Notes: generated by a model from the sequence alone, not told the origin. A stretch of DNA of 64,000 nucleotides from Candidatus Puniceispirillales bacterium (GCA_965660595.1 CBFIAO010000001.1:22019-86018); one strand, 5' to 3'. Positions 41,108 through 54,017 are shown, counted from the stretch's first letter. Numbers and translations are program-made.

Positions 41108-42400
41108 ATGTCGATTGATATCAAAGTACCACCACTGGGCGAATCAGTTACTGAAGCAATTATTGCACGCTGGATAAAAGCACCGGGTGAAGCCGTTGCC
41201 GCAGACGAACCAGTGGCAGAGCTTGAAACAGATAAAGTAACCTTGGAAGTTCCATCACCAGTTGCAGGCGTATTAGTAAGCCATGCAGCTGCGGTGGGTG
41301 ATACGGTTGGTGTTGATGCCCTGATCGCGATCGTTGATGAAAATGGTGAAGCTGCTCCAGCTGGAAAAAAGCCAGCGGCACCTGCGGCTGAAGACAAACC
41401 TGCGGCCCCGGCTCAAGCAGCACCTACGCCAGTGGTCCCTACTCCGGCGGCACCTACGCCAGCTGCCACGGCACCAGTTGTCAATATGGACCACCCGCTG
41501 TCACCGGCGGTAAAACGACTTGTTGATGAAAACAACCTTGACCCCCGCCGCATTACTGGCACGGGTAAAGATGGACGCCTCACCAAAGGTGATGTCTTAG
41601 CCGCCATTGAAAATGGTTCGGCTAAAGCCGTTGCACCAGCTGCCGCGCCATCATCAACGCCTGCACCTGTCATGCCGCGCAATGATGACCCGCGCGAAGA
41701 ACGCGTCCCGATGACACGTCTCCGTAAAGTGATCGCGCAACGTCTTAAAGATGCACAAAATACAGCGGCAATGCTGACAACATTTAACGAAGTTGATATG
41801 TCAAATGTCATGGCGCTGCGTTCAGAATATCGCGATGTTTTTGAAAAAACTTACGGTGTTCGCCTTGGCTTCATGTCATTTTTTGTTCATGCAGCAATCG
41901 AAGCGTTGAAGGAATTTCCAGCAGTAAATGCTGAAATTCATGGCGAAGACATTATCTACAAGAATTTCTATAATGTCGGTGTTGCGGTTGGCACGCCGCA
42001 AGGGCTTGTTGTTCCTGTGCTCAAAGATGCCGATCAAATGAGCTTTGCCGAAACTGAAGCCAGCATCAATGCGTTTGGTCAAAAGGCACGTGATGGTCAG
42101 TTAACTATGGATGATATGTCTGGCGGTACCTTCACCATATCAAATGGTGGTGTGTACGGTTCCATGATGTCGACACCAATTCTGAACAAACCACAAAGTG
42201 GTATTTTAGGGATGCACAACATCCAAAAACGGGCTGTTGTTGTAACGGGCAAAAATGGTGACAGCATTGAAATTCGCCCCATGATGTATCTGGCATTATC
42301 TTATGATCACCGGATTATCGATGGTCGTGAAGCGGTATCTTTCCTTGTTCGCATTAAAGACAAGATCGAAGATCCGCGCCGCATGCTTCTTGGTCTTTAA
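41108..42400 (+). CDS. sucB: Dihydrolipoyllysine-residue succinyltransferase (E2o)
   Basis: Lipoyl domain [14 protein letters not shown], an Ala/Pro linker, a PSBD, and catalytic [10 protein letters not shown]. Confidence 0.95.
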   Translation: MSIDIKVPPLGESVTEAIIARWIKAPGEAVAADEPVAELETDKVTLEVPSPVAGVLVSHAAAVGDTVGVDALIAIVDENGEAAPAGKKPAAPAAEDKPAAPAQAAPTPVVPTPAAPTPAATAPVVNMDHPLSPAVKRLVDENNLDPRRITGTGKDGRLTKGDVLAAIENGSAKAVAPAAAPSSTPAPVMPRNDDPREERVPMTRLRKVIAQRLKDAQNTAAMLTTFNEVDMSNVMALRSEYRDVFEKTYGVRLGFMSFFVHAAIEALKEFPAVNAEIHGEDIIYKNFYNVGVAVGTPQGLVVPVLKDADQMSFAETEASINAFGQKARDGQLTMDDMSGGTFTISNGGVYGSMMSTPILNKPQSGILGMHNIQKRAVVVTGKNGDSIEIRPMMYLALSYDHRIIDGREAVSFLVRIKDKIEDPRRMLLGL

Positions 42401-42421
42401 TTTCTTCAAAGGTATAAATTT

Positions 42422-43831
42422 ATGTCAAGTGAACAACATGCGGACTTAATCATCATTGGTGCTGGACCTGGTGGGTATGTGGCGGCTATCCGTGCGGCCC
42501 AACTTGGGATGAAGGTCACGGTTATTGAAAAACGGTCAACGCTAGGTGGCACGTGCCTGAATGTAGGTTGTATTCCGTCAAAAGCACTGTTGAACGCATC
42601 TGAAAAATACCTTGAAGCCAGTTCAGGTCACTTGGCAGACCTTGGCATCACACATGGTAAAGCTAAACTAGACCTTGGCCGCATGATGGCGTCAAAGGAT
42701 GATGTGGTTAAAGGCCTAACTGGCGGTATTGATCTTTTGTTCCGGAAGAACAAAATCACGCGTGTTACCGGCACGGCAACAATTATTGCTGCAGGCAAGG
42801 TCGCCGTATCCGGTGATGACGGCACGCATGAACTTACAGCAGATAAAATTCTAATTGCCACAGGTTCTGAACCGGTCAGCCTACCAGGTGTTGAGATTGA
42901 TGAAGAAAAGATCGTTTCTTCTACGGGTGCACTTGCGCTTAATGCAGTGCCAAAAAAATTGATTCTAATTGGCGCTGGCTATATCGGACTTGAAATGGGC
43001 ACCGTGTGGCAACGTTTAGGTGCAGAAGTTGAAGTGGTCGAATACCTGCCGCGTATCCTGCCCGGCATGGATAGTGAAGTTGCTTCAAAGTTCAAAACCA
43101 TATTGGAAAAACAAGGCTTGAACTTCCGCCTTGGTACCGCTGTTAAATCAGCTAAAACTAATAAATCAGGTGTTGTTGTTGACATCGCAACTGATGGTGG
43201 GGAAGTTGAAAAACTTACTGCCGATATTGTGTTGGTTGCAGTTGGCCGTCGTCCTAACACGGATAACCTTGGTCTTGATGACGTTGGCGTTACGCGGGAT
43301 GAACGTGGCCGTGTCTTGGTGGACGAAGATTTTGAAACGAATATTCCAGGCATATTTGCGATTGGTGATGTGATCCCGGGCCCAATGCTTGCCCATAAAG
43401 CCGAAGAAGATGGTGTTGCCGCGGTGGAGACCATGGCAGGCCTTGTTGGTCATGTGGATTATGACCATGTGCCGGGCATTGTGTATACCGCACCTGAAAT
43501 CGCAACATTAGGTAAAACCGAAGATCAGCTTAAAGATGATGGTATTGCCTATAACAAAGGTGTCTTTCCCTTCATGGCAAATAGCCGTGCACGTGCCATT
43601 GGTCATACCGAAGGTTTTGTAAAAATTCTTGCAGATGCCAACACAGACCGTGTCTTGGGTGTCCATATTATTGGACATGAAGCTGGCACATTAATTCACG
43701 AATGTGCAACTGCAATGGCATTTGGTGCTTCAAGCGAAGATATTGCCCGCACATGCCATGGTCACCCCACCATGAATGAAGCAGTAAAAGAAGCCGCGCT
43801 TGCTGTAGATGGTCGTGCCATCCATATTTAA
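42422..43831 (+). CDS. lpdA: Dihydrolipoyl dehydrogenase (E3)
   Basis: IIIGAGPGGY, GGTCLNVGCIPSK redox disulfide, and C-terminal HGHPTMNE. Confidence 0.95.
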   Translation: MSSEQHADLIIIGAGPGGYVAAIRAAQLGMKVTVIEKRSTLGGTCLNVGCIPSKALLNASEKYLEASSGHLADLGITHGKAKLDLGRMMASKDDVVKGLTGGIDLLFRKNKITRVTGTATIIAAGKVAVSGDDGTHELTADKILIATGSEPVSLPGVEIDEEKIVSSTGALALNAVPKKLILIGAGYIGLEMGTVWQRLGAEVEVVEYLPRILPGMDSEVASKFKTILEKQGLNFRLGTAVKSAKTNKSGVVVDIATDGGEVEKLTADIVLVAVGRRPNTDNLGLDDVGVTRDERGRVLVDEDFETNIPGIFAIGDVIPGPMLAHKAEEDGVAAVETMAGLVGHVDYDHVPGIVYTAPEIATLGKTEDQLKDDGIAYNKGVFPFMANSRARAIGHTEGFVKILADANTDRVLGVHIIGHEAGTLIHECATAMAFGASSEDIARTCHGHPTMNEAVKEAALAVDGRAIHI

Positions 43832-43860
43832 GCACAGCAATGATAATAATATATTAAATA

Positions 43861-43889
43861 GGCCAGCGCTTTAGCTGGCCTTCATTTTT
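43861..43889. terminator. Bidirectional hairpin terminator shared by lpdA (+) and the SMR gene (-); overlaps the SMR stop codon
   Basis: GGCCAGC-gcttta-GCTGGCC, followed by ttcattttt on the plus strand and tatttaatat on the minus strand. Confidence 0.6.
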
Positions 43890-44215
43890 GAAAATACCGT
43901 GATCAAGACAACACCGCCAACAATCAAGGCAATGCCCATGATTGCGGGCAGGTCAGGACGTTCATTAAACCTGATGGCAGATACAATCGTGATGAACACA
44001 ATACCTAAGGCAGACCAGAACGCATAAGTCACCGCAACAGGCAGGTGGCGCATAGCCAGAATCATAAAGTAGAATGATAAACCATATCCAACGACAATAA
44101 ATATCGTGGGTATTAATACGGTAAATTCTTTGGATGCTTTAAGTGAGGTTGTGCCAATAATCTCACCAACAATAGCTAAGGTAAGCCACAACCATGCAAT
44201 TGGAGGAAAGTTCAT
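43871..44215 (-). CDS. Small multidrug resistance (SMR, EmrE/Qac-like) transporter
   Basis: 114 aa with 4 TM helices and the conserved membrane Glu in AIVGEIIGTTSLK. Confidence 0.85.
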   Translation of the reverse strand: MNFPPIAWLWLTLAIVGEIIGTTSLKASKEFTVLIPTIFIVVGYGLSFYFMILAMRHLPVAVTYAFWSALGIVFITIVSAIRFNERPDLPAIMGIALIVGGVVLITVFSKMKAS

Positions 44216-44286
44216 ATCATACCTATCTTAGCATTAACGTCTGTTTATATTTATATCCATCAAATGGCTCATCTGTCCAGTAAGGC

Positions 44287-45201
44287 TTACTTTTGTGGTT
44301 TTGATCCTGCCCGTGGATGAGTGTTGTGATGCACATCAATCAACTGGGCAGTATCAACATTAGTATAACGTTGGGTGGTGCTCATGCTTGCATGACCTAA
44401 TAATGTTTGAATAGCGCGCATATCGCCGCCACCAGCTAATAAATGCGTGGCAAAAGCATGACGTAATGCATGTGGGGTGGTGCTTTCATCAAGCCCAAGT
44501 TGTAGGCGAAGTTTTTCCACCAATCGCTGCACAGCCCTTGCGTTTAATGCACCGCCGCGGCTTGAGAAAAACAATGGACCATCATCACCATCATCAAATG
44601 GGGAATGGGCAAGCCAATCGTCAATCGCCATGCGAACGGGGTCAATAATTGGAACATCACGTGACTTGCCGCCCTTACCTTTAACCCGCAACCATGGACC
44701 ATCCGGTGCATCACCGCGTGTTAAAGCCAAGGCTTCCGAAATGCGAAGCCCACATCCATAAAGCAACATTAACACTGCTACATCTCGTTTTTTGGCCCAG
44801 TCAGGTTGATCCAATGATGCAATCGCGGCCAACAAATCTTGCGCATCAGTTTCCGCTACCGCTTTAGGTAGGGGTGCGCGGGCTTTTGGCGATTTCATAA
44901 AGCTAATTTCAACGGCTGGGTAAAGCCCAGAGGTAATGCCATATCGGTAAAAACTTCGAATCGACGCAACTCTGCGCGCAATGGTGGTGCGTGCTAATCC
45001 TGCATCTGTCATGGCAGCCAAGAACGCGCGAAATTCATGCTTGGTGACAGCATCGTAATTTACATTATGTTTTTGAAGAAATCCGAACCATAGATCAATG
45101 TCACGGCCATAAGCATCAAGTGTGGTGTCGGGAAATCGCTTCTGATAGGTCAGCCAATCCATCCAAACCTGACGCGGGGTATCATGTGCCGGCTGTGCCA
45201 T
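44287..45201 (-). CDS. xerC: Tyrosine recombinase XerC (chromosome-dimer resolution)
   Basis: R...HALRHAFATHLL...LLGHASMSTTQRYT catalytic RHRY set. Sits immediately downstream of a DUF484/YigA gene, the classic xerC context. Confidence 0.8.
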   Translation of the reverse strand: MAQPAHDTPRQVWMDWLTYQKRFPDTTLDAYGRDIDLWFGFLQKHNVNYDAVTKHEFRAFLAAMTDAGLARTTIARRVASIRSFYRYGITSGLYPAVEISFMKSPKARAPLPKAVAETDAQDLLAAIASLDQPDWAKKRDVAVLMLLYGCGLRISEALALTRGDAPDGPWLRVKGKGGKSRDVPIIDPVRMAIDDWLAHSPFDDGDDGPLFFSSRGGALNARAVQRLVEKLRLQLGLDESTTPHALRHAFATHLLAGGGDMRAIQTLLGHASMSTTQRYTNVDTAQLIDVHHNTHPRAGSKPQK

Positions 45202-45204
45202 GTT

Positions 45205-45885
45205 CTATGTCTCGTCTTGGCGGGCTACCAATGCAACCGCAACCATTGCGGCAATAAACTGCAGAAAATCAGTGCCATGGCCTTCGGTAAAACTGTCTTC
45301 ATGGTGCCCTGCCATGGCCAGCACAATATCATGGTCTTGTTCAGGTAAGATCGCGGGCAAAAAAGCAAAAGCAACAGACTTAGGAGGTGCTTCTAGGATA
45401 TTGCGAAACACTTCAGCCTTAAGTCCTGTTGGCTTGCCGAGCGCAAATTCACTGCCGCCAGTTAGTGTGGATAAATATCCTTTATCCATGCTAACAACAT
45501 TGGCGTGTTTGCCCAATTTCAAATGATCGCCAACCACTAATGTAGCCGCTGCTAAATCTAAAATATCAGGCATCATATCGCGGATCAGCACTGCTAGCTC
45601 ATCACTGTTCTGGGCCGCAACAATCAGTAAGGCAAGGTGATGGATATGTTGTTGGACTTCATGGTTTGCGGTGGTGATATCCAATAATACCTGCCGCATC
45701 ATGGTGCTGCGCTTTAAGGCTGCTTGCGCACGTTTCGTGACAGCTTGGCCCAAGCTAACAACACCGCCTGGCGTATCTTTAAACAGCCAATCAGGATCGC
45801 CATGTTCGATCAAAAAATCAGGATTGTCGGCGAGGAATTTAAGCACATCCTCGCCAGTAATTTGTTGTGGTGACGTTTTCTTCAT
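45205..45885 (-). CDS. DUF484 (YigA-family) protein
   Basis: MKKTSPQQITGEDVLKFLADNPDF N-terminus and a GAF-like remainder. The track start (45930) overlaps the transaldolase gene; ATG 45885 is preferred. Confidence 0.75.
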   Translation of the reverse strand: MKKTSPQQITGEDVLKFLADNPDFLIEHGDPDWLFKDTPGGVVSLGQAVTKRAQAALKRSTMMRQVLLDITTANHEVQQHIHHLALLIVAAQNSDELAVLIRDMMPDILDLAAATLVVGDHLKLGKHANVVSMDKGYLSTLTGGSEFALGKPTGLKAEVFRNILEAPPKSVAFAFLPAILPEQDHDIVLAMAGHHEDSFTEGHGTDFLQFIAAMVAVALVARQDET

Positions 45886-45899
45886 CGCCTTAATAAGGG

Positions 45900-46553
45900 T
45901 TACAGGATGGACTGGCCTGTGTTCTTCCAATCTTTAAGGAAGGCATCAAGACCTGCATCTGTCATTGGGTGCTTATACATGGCGTGAATAATTGATGGTG
46001 GCACGGTGGCAACGTCACCACCTACAAGGGCTGCATCAACAACATGTTGCACTGACCGCACAGAGGCAACCAATACTTCGGTGGCAAAATCATAATTCGC
46101 GTAAATTGATGCAATATCTTCAATCAGCCCCATGCCATCACGGCCCAGGTCATCCAGACGGCCAATGAATGGTGAAATAAAACGTGCACCAGCTTTAGCA
46201 GCCAGTAGTGCCTGTGCAGGTGAGAAGCATAAGGTCACATTAACCATCACGCCGTCATCAGAAAGTGTTTTACAAGTCTGAAGGCCAGCAGGTGTCAACG
46301 GCACCTTTACCGCAACATTGTCGGCGATTGCTGCCAATTTACGGCCTTCAGCCAACATGGTTTCAGGATCAGTCGCGGCAACTTCTGCGCTTACAGGTCC
46401 AGAGATCATCGCGCAAATTTCCCCAATAACCTGAGAAATATCACGTCCCGATTTGGCGATTAGTGAAGGGTTGGTGGTCACACCATCGATAAGGCCTGTT
46501 GGGGCTAATGCGGCAATGTCATCAAGATTGGCGGTATCAAGGAAAAGTTTCAT
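45900..46553 (-). CDS. tal: Transaldolase / fructose-6-phosphate aldolase family (short, type 3B)
   Basis: [25 protein letters not shown] (Schiff-base Lys), and [10 protein letters not shown]. The track start 46637 is over-extended; ATG 46553 is preferred. Confidence 0.88.
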   Translation of the reverse strand: MKLFLDTANLDDIAALAPTGLIDGVTTNPSLIAKSGRDISQVIGEICAMISGPVSAEVAATDPETMLAEGRKLAAIADNVAVKVPLTPAGLQTCKTLSDDGVMVNVTLCFSPAQALLAAKAGARFISPFIGRLDDLGRDGMGLIEDIASIYANYDFATEVLVASVRSVQHVVDAALVGGDVATVPPSIIHAMYKHPMTDAGLDAFLKDWKNTGQSIL

Positions 46554-46690
46554 GGTAAAGCCTGAAGGTTTATTGTGGATCAACAGTGTCATGGCAGGGT
46601 AATATGCCCACCAGACGTAATCACTATACGCGATCATCCCGTCTTATACCAGTAAAGAGGGGCACCAAATGGTGCTGATGAAGTTAAGTT

Positions 46691-48931
46691 TTGAGCCAGC
46701 ATACACAACATGATGATTTTCTTGATAAGGGCGGCGTTACTGTAAAAGTTCGGCTGGCGACCCCGCTACCTTTTGCAGGGGGCTGTTTGGACTATTTGGC
46801 CCCTTCAGCCTTATCAACAGGTCAAATGGTTATTGTCCCATTGGGCAAAAGACAAATAGCTGGCGTCGTGCTTGGCCCGGGTGACCAAGAGGTGGCACGA
46901 AAAAAACTAAAACCCTTGATCGCTATATCTGATTTACCGCCATTAACACCAGATTTACTGACGTTATTAAGCCAAGTTGCAAGCTGGACACTTGCCGCCG
47001 AAGGTGCGGTTTTAAAAATGGCGATACCTGTTGCGGATGCCTTATTACCGCAAATCAACCAAATGGGTTGGCTCGTTGCTCCACCTGATGCCCCTAGTAA
47101 TAATATTGCGCCTGATCAAAAGGCAAAAATTACCCCAAAACGTGCGCAAGTGATGGCGGCGCTCGAAGACATGCCGCCTTTAACAACATCAGAAGCTGCC
47201 CTTCATGCAGGGGTCAGCACGTCTACCATCACCGCCATGGGTAAGGCTGGCTTGCTGGATGCCGTGGAAATGGCCGCCCCATTATTGCCGCGCGTCTCAC
47301 CCGCTCATCAAACCACAACCCCGATTGCGTTAAACGATGAACAAACCGCCGCCGCTGACAGATTGAAAGACAGCCTTGCCACCAATGCCTTTGCGCCCTT
47401 TGTCTTGGATGGTGTGACCGGTTCCGGCAAAACTGAAGTTTATCTTGATGCAGCAGCAGCAGCATTAGCCTTAGGCAAGCAGGTGATGATTCTCTTGCCT
47501 GAAATTGCGTTATCACCAATGTTGCAGACTCGTTTTACTCAGCGGTTTGGCACGCCGCCTATTGTTTGGCATTCAGCGTTAACCCCCCGTCAACGTGCTA
47601 ATGCCTATCGGTCAATCATAGATGGTGGGCCGCGTGTGGTGATCGGTGCCCGCTCTGCATTGTTTTTGCCCTATCCTGATTTGGGCATGATCATTGTCGA
47701 TGAAGAACATGATCACAGCTATAAACAAGAAGATCATGTTGCCTATCATGCGCGTGACATGGCGGTGTTGCGCGCGCGGGGCGAATCCGTGCCGATTGTG
47801 CTGGCCTCTGCAACACCATCATTGGAAACAGAATATAATATTGACCATGGGAAATATGAACGCTTGCGCCTGACGTCACGTATTGGTGATGCCGTGATGC
47901 CAAAGATTGAACTGGTTGATTTGCGGCGTCATCCGCCAGAACGTCAACGCTGGATAGCCCCGCCCCTGGTCGCAGCCATGAAAGATGTCTTGGCGGAAGG
48001 TCATCAAAGCCTGTTATTCCTAAACAGGCGTGGATATGCCCCTATGACGTTGTGCCGAACATGTGGGGATCGAATCACCTGTCCGCATTGCGCAGCGTGG
48101 TTGGTGACGCATAAGCGTCATTTTGGGATGCGCTGTCATCATTGCGGCTTTTCGGCAAAATTTCCTGATAAATGCCCATCTTGTGAAGATGAGGGCAGTT
48201 TAGTGCCTTGCGGCCCAGGTGTTGAACGTCTTGCAGATGAAGCCGCCCATCATTTTCCTGAAGCGCGGCTTGGTGTGCTGTCATCTGACCTGATGTCCAC
48301 CCCGCAAAGTCTTAAAGCCTTCACCGAAGATGTGGCGGCCGGTAACATAGACATTATTGTAGGCACGCAGATGATCGCGAAAGGTCATCATTTTCCGCAT
48401 TTAAAGCTTGTTGGTGTTGTTGATGCTGACCTTGGCCTTGCTGGCGGTGACCTGCGCGCGGCTGAAACAACCTGGCAGTTAATGGTGCAGGTGGCTGGCC
48501 GTGCGGGCCGTACCGGTGAGGAAGGTCGCGCGTTATTGCAAACAGTTGCTCCTGAAACCGCGGTTTTTGATGCCTTGGTCAGCGGTGACCGAGCCGCGTT
48601 TCTTAACGCAGAAAAATCAGCACGGCAATTAGCGGAAATGCCGCCTTATGGCCGATTAGCGGCACTTATTCTATCATCTGAGAATCCTAATATTTTATCC
48701 GAATCAGCACACAAACTTGGCGCAAGTCGTCCAAATTTTGGGGGTGTTAGTATTTTAGGCCCTGCCGAGGCCCCTATTGCACTGCTACGTGGTCGTCATC
48801 GCCTGCGGTTTTTAGTAAAAACGCCACGTGACGTTGATATACAGAAAATTATTAATGACTGGCTTGAAGCTGTTGATTTTCCGTCATCCCTCCGCCTGCA
48901 GGTGGATATTGACCCCTACAGCTTCTTTTAA
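46691..48931 (+). CDS. priA: Primosomal replication-restart helicase PriA
   Basis: GVTGSGKTEVY, VDEEHD, and Zn-finger insert CRTCGDRITCPHCAAWLVTH...CHHCG...CPSC. TTG 46691 is the only in-frame start after the upstream stop. Confidence 0.9.
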   Translation: MSQHTQHDDFLDKGGVTVKVRLATPLPFAGGCLDYLAPSALSTGQMVIVPLGKRQIAGVVLGPGDQEVARKKLKPLIAISDLPPLTPDLLTLLSQVASWTLAAEGAVLKMAIPVADALLPQINQMGWLVAPPDAPSNNIAPDQKAKITPKRAQVMAALEDMPPLTTSEAALHAGVSTSTITAMGKAGLLDAVEMAAPLLPRVSPAHQTTTPIALNDEQTAAADRLKDSLATNAFAPFVLDGVTGSGKTEVYLDAAAAALALGKQVMILLPEIALSPMLQTRFTQRFGTPPIVWHSALTPRQRANAYRSIIDGGPRVVIGARSALFLPYPDLGMIIVDEEHDHSYKQEDHVAYHARDMAVLRARGESVPIVLASATPSLETEYNIDHGKYERLRLTSRIGDAVMPKIELVDLRRHPPERQRWIAPPLVAAMKDVLAEGHQSLLFLNRRGYAPMTLCRTCGDRITCPHCAAWLVTHKRHFGMRCHHCGFSAKFPDKCPSCEDEGSLVPCGPGVERLADEAAHHFPEARLGVLSSDLMSTPQSLKAFTEDVAAGNIDIIVGTQMIAKGHHFPHLKLVGVVDADLGLAGGDLRAAETTWQLMVQVAGRAGRTGEEGRALLQTVAPETAVFDALVSGDRAAFLNAEKSARQLAEMPPYGRLAALILSSENPNILSESAHKLGASRPNFGGVSILGPAEAPIALLRGRHRLRFLVKTPRDVDIQKIINDWLEAVDFPSSLRLQVDIDPYSFF

Positions 48932-49137
48932 GTGCTGAAAAATCACATTTAAAATGAATGATAAGTGGGGGCAATTTGCCACGCTTGGTCAAATTGTGTT
49001 TCTCAAGGCTTGCCTTGGCCTCAGGACTATGTTAGCAAGCGCATTAATATGTGAAAAAGGTGCGTTGTGCACTGTCTGGAACATAAGAGTTCACGCCCAA
49101 GGTTTACACCGAAAAGGCTTTCTAAGGAGGTTTTCCC

Positions 49138-49692
49138 GTGTCTTCAAGTTTGGCCGGATTTACAGGCCGTTATGCTAAAGCCCTTTACGAGCTCGCTGAA
49201 CAAGCTGGTCGGGTCGATGCTGTTGCTGAAGATTTGAAGAAAATTAACGAAATGATCAGCGAATCTGCTGATTTGGAACGTCTTATTTCTTCCCCAGCTA
49301 TCAGCCGTGATGATCAAAGCAAAGCTATTCTAGCTATTCTTAATAAAGCTGGCGCCGATGATCTTGTTGCTAAGTTTACTGGTGTTATTGCTTCTAACGG
49401 GCGCCTTTTTGCGCTGCCCCAAATTATTGACCGTTTCCTCAGTGATCTTTCCGCACGCCGTGGTGAGGTTTCTGCTGAAGTTGTTTCTGCCGTCGAACTG
49501 GACAGTAAAATGCAGGCCGAAGTACAAAAGGCCGTTTCCAGTGTAGCCGGAAGTGACAAAATTTCTCTTTCAATGCGTGTTGATGAGTCCCTTATCGGGG
49601 GTCTTGTTGTGCGTATTGGATCACGTATGATTGATACCTCAATCAAAACCAAGTTGAACAGGCTTGAAATGACCATGAAGGGTGTTGGGTAA
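49138..49692 (+). CDS. atpH: F1Fo ATP synthase delta (OSCP) subunit
   Basis: [32 protein letters not shown], a GTG start preceded by AAGGAGG, and a TAATG junction with atpA. Confidence 0.9.
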   Translation: MSSSLAGFTGRYAKALYELAEQAGRVDAVAEDLKKINEMISESADLERLISSPAISRDDQSKAILAILNKAGADDLVAKFTGVIASNGRLFALPQIIDRFLSDLSARRGEVSAEVVSAVELDSKMQAEVQKAVSSVAGSDKISLSMRVDESLIGGLVVRIGSRMIDTSIKTKLNRLEMTMKGVG

Positions 49693-51227
49693 TGGATATT
49701 CGCGCCGCTGAGATTTCAGCAATCCTGAAAGAACAAATCGCCAATTTTGGTAACGAGGCAGAAGTTGCCGAAGTAGGGCGTGTGCTCTCCGTCGGTGACG
49801 GTATTGCCCGCGTCCATGGCCTCGACGAAGTCCGTGCCGGTGAAATGGTGGAATTCGACGGTGGTATTAAGGGCATGGCTCTTAACCTCGAAAGCGACAA
49901 TGTCGGTATCGTTATTTTTGGCGATGACCGCTCAATTAAAGAAGGTCACATTGTTCGCCGTACTGGCGCCATTGTGGACGTACCAACCGGTAAGGGTCTC
50001 CTTGGCCGCGTTGTTGACGGTCTTGGTAACCCGATTGATGGCAAAGGCCCAATCGAAGATGCTGACCGCCGCCGTGTGGAAGTTAAAGCGCCAGGCATTA
50101 TGCCGCGTAAGTCTGTGCATGAACCAATGCAAACAGGCCTTAAGGCGATTGACAGCTTGATCCCGATTGGTCGTGGCCAGCGTGAATTGATCATTGGTGA
50201 CCGTCAGACTGGTAAAACAGCCATTGCAATTGATACGTTCCTCAACCAGAAAAGCGTAAACGACGCTGCTGGTAAGGATGACAGCAAGAAACTGTTCTGT
50301 ATCTATGTTGCGGTTGGTCAAAAGCGTTCAACAGTTGCACAGATTGTTCGTACCCTCGAAGAAAATGGCGCAATGGAATATTCCATCGTTGTTGCGGCTA
50401 CCGCTTCAGACCCTGCTCCATTGCAGTTCTTGGCGCCATACACCGCTTGTGCGATGGGTGAATACTTCCGTGACAACGGCATGCATGCTGTGATCGTTTA
50501 TGATGATCTGTCAAAGCAGGCTGTTGCTTACCGTCAGATGTCACTCTTGCTTCGTCGTCCTCCGGGCCGTGAAGCGTATCCTGGTGACGTGTTCTACTTG
50601 CACTCACGTTTGCTTGAACGTGCCGCGAAGTTGAATGACGATAACGGTGCTGGTTCATTGACCGCGCTTCCTGTGATTGAAACACAGGGTGGTGACGTGT
50701 CTGCCTTTATTCCGACGAACGTGATTTCGATTACAGATGGTCAGATCTTCCTTGAAACTGAACTGTTCTATCAAGGTATCCGTCCTGCGGTGAACGTGGG
50801 TCTGTCGGTATCTCGTGTGGGTTCAGCCGCTCAGATCAAGGCCATGAAGCAGGTCGCTGGTACCATTAAACTGGAACTAGCGCAGTATCGTGAAATGGCG
50901 GCCTTCGCTCAGTTTGCATCTGACATGGACGCATCTACACGTCAATTGCTTGACCGTGGTTCACGCCTGACAGAACTGCTTAAGCAGGCGCAGTACAGCC
51001 CAATGCCAGTTGAAGAACAGGTATGTTCAATCTTTGCTGGTGTGAATGGCTATCTCGATCGTCTGCCACTGGCTGATGTAAACCGTTTCGAAGAAGGCTT
51101 CCTTGACCATATGCGTTCAGCAGGTGCAGCCGTCTTGGCAACCATCCGTGATGAAAAATCCATCTCAGATGATACCAAGGCAAAGCTGACAGCTGAGCTT
51201 GATGGTTATGCGAAGGCTTTTGCCTAA
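49692..51227 (+). CDS. atpA: ATP synthase alpha subunit
   Basis: GDRQTGKT Walker A and the overall F1-alpha sequence. Confidence 0.97.
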   Translation: MDIRAAEISAILKEQIANFGNEAEVAEVGRVLSVGDGIARVHGLDEVRAGEMVEFDGGIKGMALNLESDNVGIVIFGDDRSIKEGHIVRRTGAIVDVPTGKGLLGRVVDGLGNPIDGKGPIEDADRRRVEVKAPGIMPRKSVHEPMQTGLKAIDSLIPIGRGQRELIIGDRQTGKTAIAIDTFLNQKSVNDAAGKDDSKKLFCIYVAVGQKRSTVAQIVRTLEENGAMEYSIVVAATASDPAPLQFLAPYTACAMGEYFRDNGMHAVIVYDDLSKQAVAYRQMSLLLRRPPGREAYPGDVFYLHSRLLERAAKLNDDNGAGSLTALPVIETQGGDVSAFIPTNVISITDGQIFLETELFYQGIRPAVNVGLSVSRVGSAAQIKAMKQVAGTIKLELAQYREMAAFAQFASDMDASTRQLLDRGSRLTELLKQAQYSPMPVEEQVCSIFAGVNGYLDRLPLADVNRFEEGFLDHMRSAGAAVLATIRDEKSISDDTKAKLTAELDGYAKAFA

Positions 51228-51251
51228 GGGAAATCCTGCCGGAGATCAGTT

Positions 51252-52139
51252 ATGGCAAACCTAAAGGACCTAAAAAACCGGATCAAAAGCGTAAAATCTA
51301 CGCAGAAGATCACGTCCGCGATGAAAATGGTCGCTGCAGCAAAACTTCGCCGTGCGCAAGAAAATGCTGAACAGTCTCGTCCATATTCAACACGGATGAG
51401 CGCGATGATCGCATCACTCGCAGCTAAAGCGGACCCAACATCAGGGCCAACTTTGCTGGTGGGTACGGGCAGAACCCAACACCATCTTCTGGTTGTGGTT
51501 TCTGCTGATCGCGGTCTTTGTGGCGGTTTCAATGGCGGTATTATCCGCTCAACTCGTCGTGAAGTGCTGAAACTTCAGGGTGAAGGCAAGACCGTGCGTC
51601 TGCTGATGGTTGGCCGTAAGGCAACCGATGCCCTGAAACGTGAATTTAGTGATTTGTTCGTTGAAACACTTGAAGGTGTTCAAGGTACAGATGTTCAGTT
51701 CAGTGATGCCGATAAAATCAGCCAGCGCATTCAATCCATGATTGAGGCAGGCGAAGCTGATACATGTTCTATCGTCTTCAACAAATTCATTTCTGCGATT
51801 ACCCAGGAAGTGACGTATCGTTCACTGGTGCCGGCAGAAATTGATGAAGCTGATAATGCTGCACAAGATCAAGATGGTGCTATTGCGCCAAATGAATATG
51901 AGCCGGATGAAGCATCTGTTCTCAGTGATCTTCTGCCGCGTGCATTAACAACACAAATTTTTGCATCTGTGCTTGAATCCTCAGCAAGTGAACTTGCTGC
52001 TCGGATGACAGCAATGGATAACGCGACCCGTAATGCCGGTGATCTGATCGATCGTCTGACCATGGAATATAACCGTTCCCGTCAGGCTGCAATCACCACT
52101 GAACTTATTGAAATTATCTCTGGTGCTGAAGCCCTTTAG
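51252..52139 (+). CDS. atpG: ATP synthase gamma subunit
   Basis: MANLKDLKNRIKSVKSTQKITSAMKMVAAAKLRRAQ and C-terminal ITTELIEIISGAEAL. Confidence 0.96.
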   Translation: MANLKDLKNRIKSVKSTQKITSAMKMVAAAKLRRAQENAEQSRPYSTRMSAMIASLAAKADPTSGPTLLVGTGRTQHHLLVVVSADRGLCGGFNGGIIRSTRREVLKLQGEGKTVRLLMVGRKATDALKREFSDLFVETLEGVQGTDVQFSDADKISQRIQSMIEAGEADTCSIVFNKFISAITQEVTYRSLVPAEIDEADNAAQDQDGAIAPNEYEPDEASVLSDLLPRALTTQIFASVLESSASELAARMTAMDNATRNAGDLIDRLTMEYNRSRQAAITTELIEIISGAEAL

Positions 52140-52154
52140 GGTGAAGCCCATTAA

Positions 52155-53600
<1,446 letters not shown>

Positions 53601-53648
53601 CAGCACTTCCCAACAGTTGAACGACCTTCAGCAAGAGGAACAAACATC

Positions 53649-54017
53649 ATGGCTGATACAACCGCATTTGAACTAGTGACGCCTGCTCGCGTGATGATTT
53701 CACGTGATGCTGGCATGGTGGTTGCACCTGGTGTGGAAGGCCTGTTTGGGGTGCTCCCACGCCATGCACCATTGATCTCTACCTTACAGCGCGGTGTTGT
53801 CGAAGTTTACGATAACGGCACCGTGTCAGAACGGATTATGGTTGATGGCGGCATTGCCGATGTCAAAGAAGATCGTTGCACCATTCTTGCTGAACGTGCT
53901 GAAAAGCTAGACGCAAGCCGTAAGGCAGACCTCGAAGCTAAAATGAGTGCAGCCGAAGCTGAGGGTAAAGATAATGATGTGGATTTCTTGAAGGCAGTTA
54001 TTGCAGCACTTGTTTAA
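53649..54017 (+). CDS. atpC: ATP synthase epsilon subunit
   Basis: F.LVTPARV...GVLPRHAPLIS and gene position. Confidence 0.9.
   Translation: MADTTAFELVTPARVMISRDAGMVVAPGVEGLFGVLPRHAPLISTLQRGVVEVYDNGTVSERIMVDGGIADVKEDRCTILAERAEKLDASRKADLEAKMSAAEAEGKDNDVDFLKAVIAALV

Noticed and set aside
44216-44286. Guanidine-type riboswitch upstream of the SMR transporter
   Set aside because: The 71-nt leader has no paired ACGR-tetraloop hairpins (mini-ykkC) or other guanidine-riboswitch-like motif. The transporter also looks EmrE/Qac-like rather than Gdx/SugE-like.
44287-45201. Tyrosine recombinase as a possible phage or island integrase (mobile element)
   Set aside because: It is the size of a housekeeping Xer recombinase, sits directly downstream of DUF484/YigA (the classic xerC context), and has no flanking phage or transposon genes or repeats. 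I called it xerC. I did not spot a dif-like site in the adjacent spacer.
48954-49178. 74-aa ORF in the priA-atpH spacer
   Set aside because: It overlaps the atpH start by 41 nt in another frame, lacks a Shine-Dalgarno sequence, has a Cys/Arg/Leu-rich composition and shows no recognisable motif. The region is more likely the atp promoter and leader.
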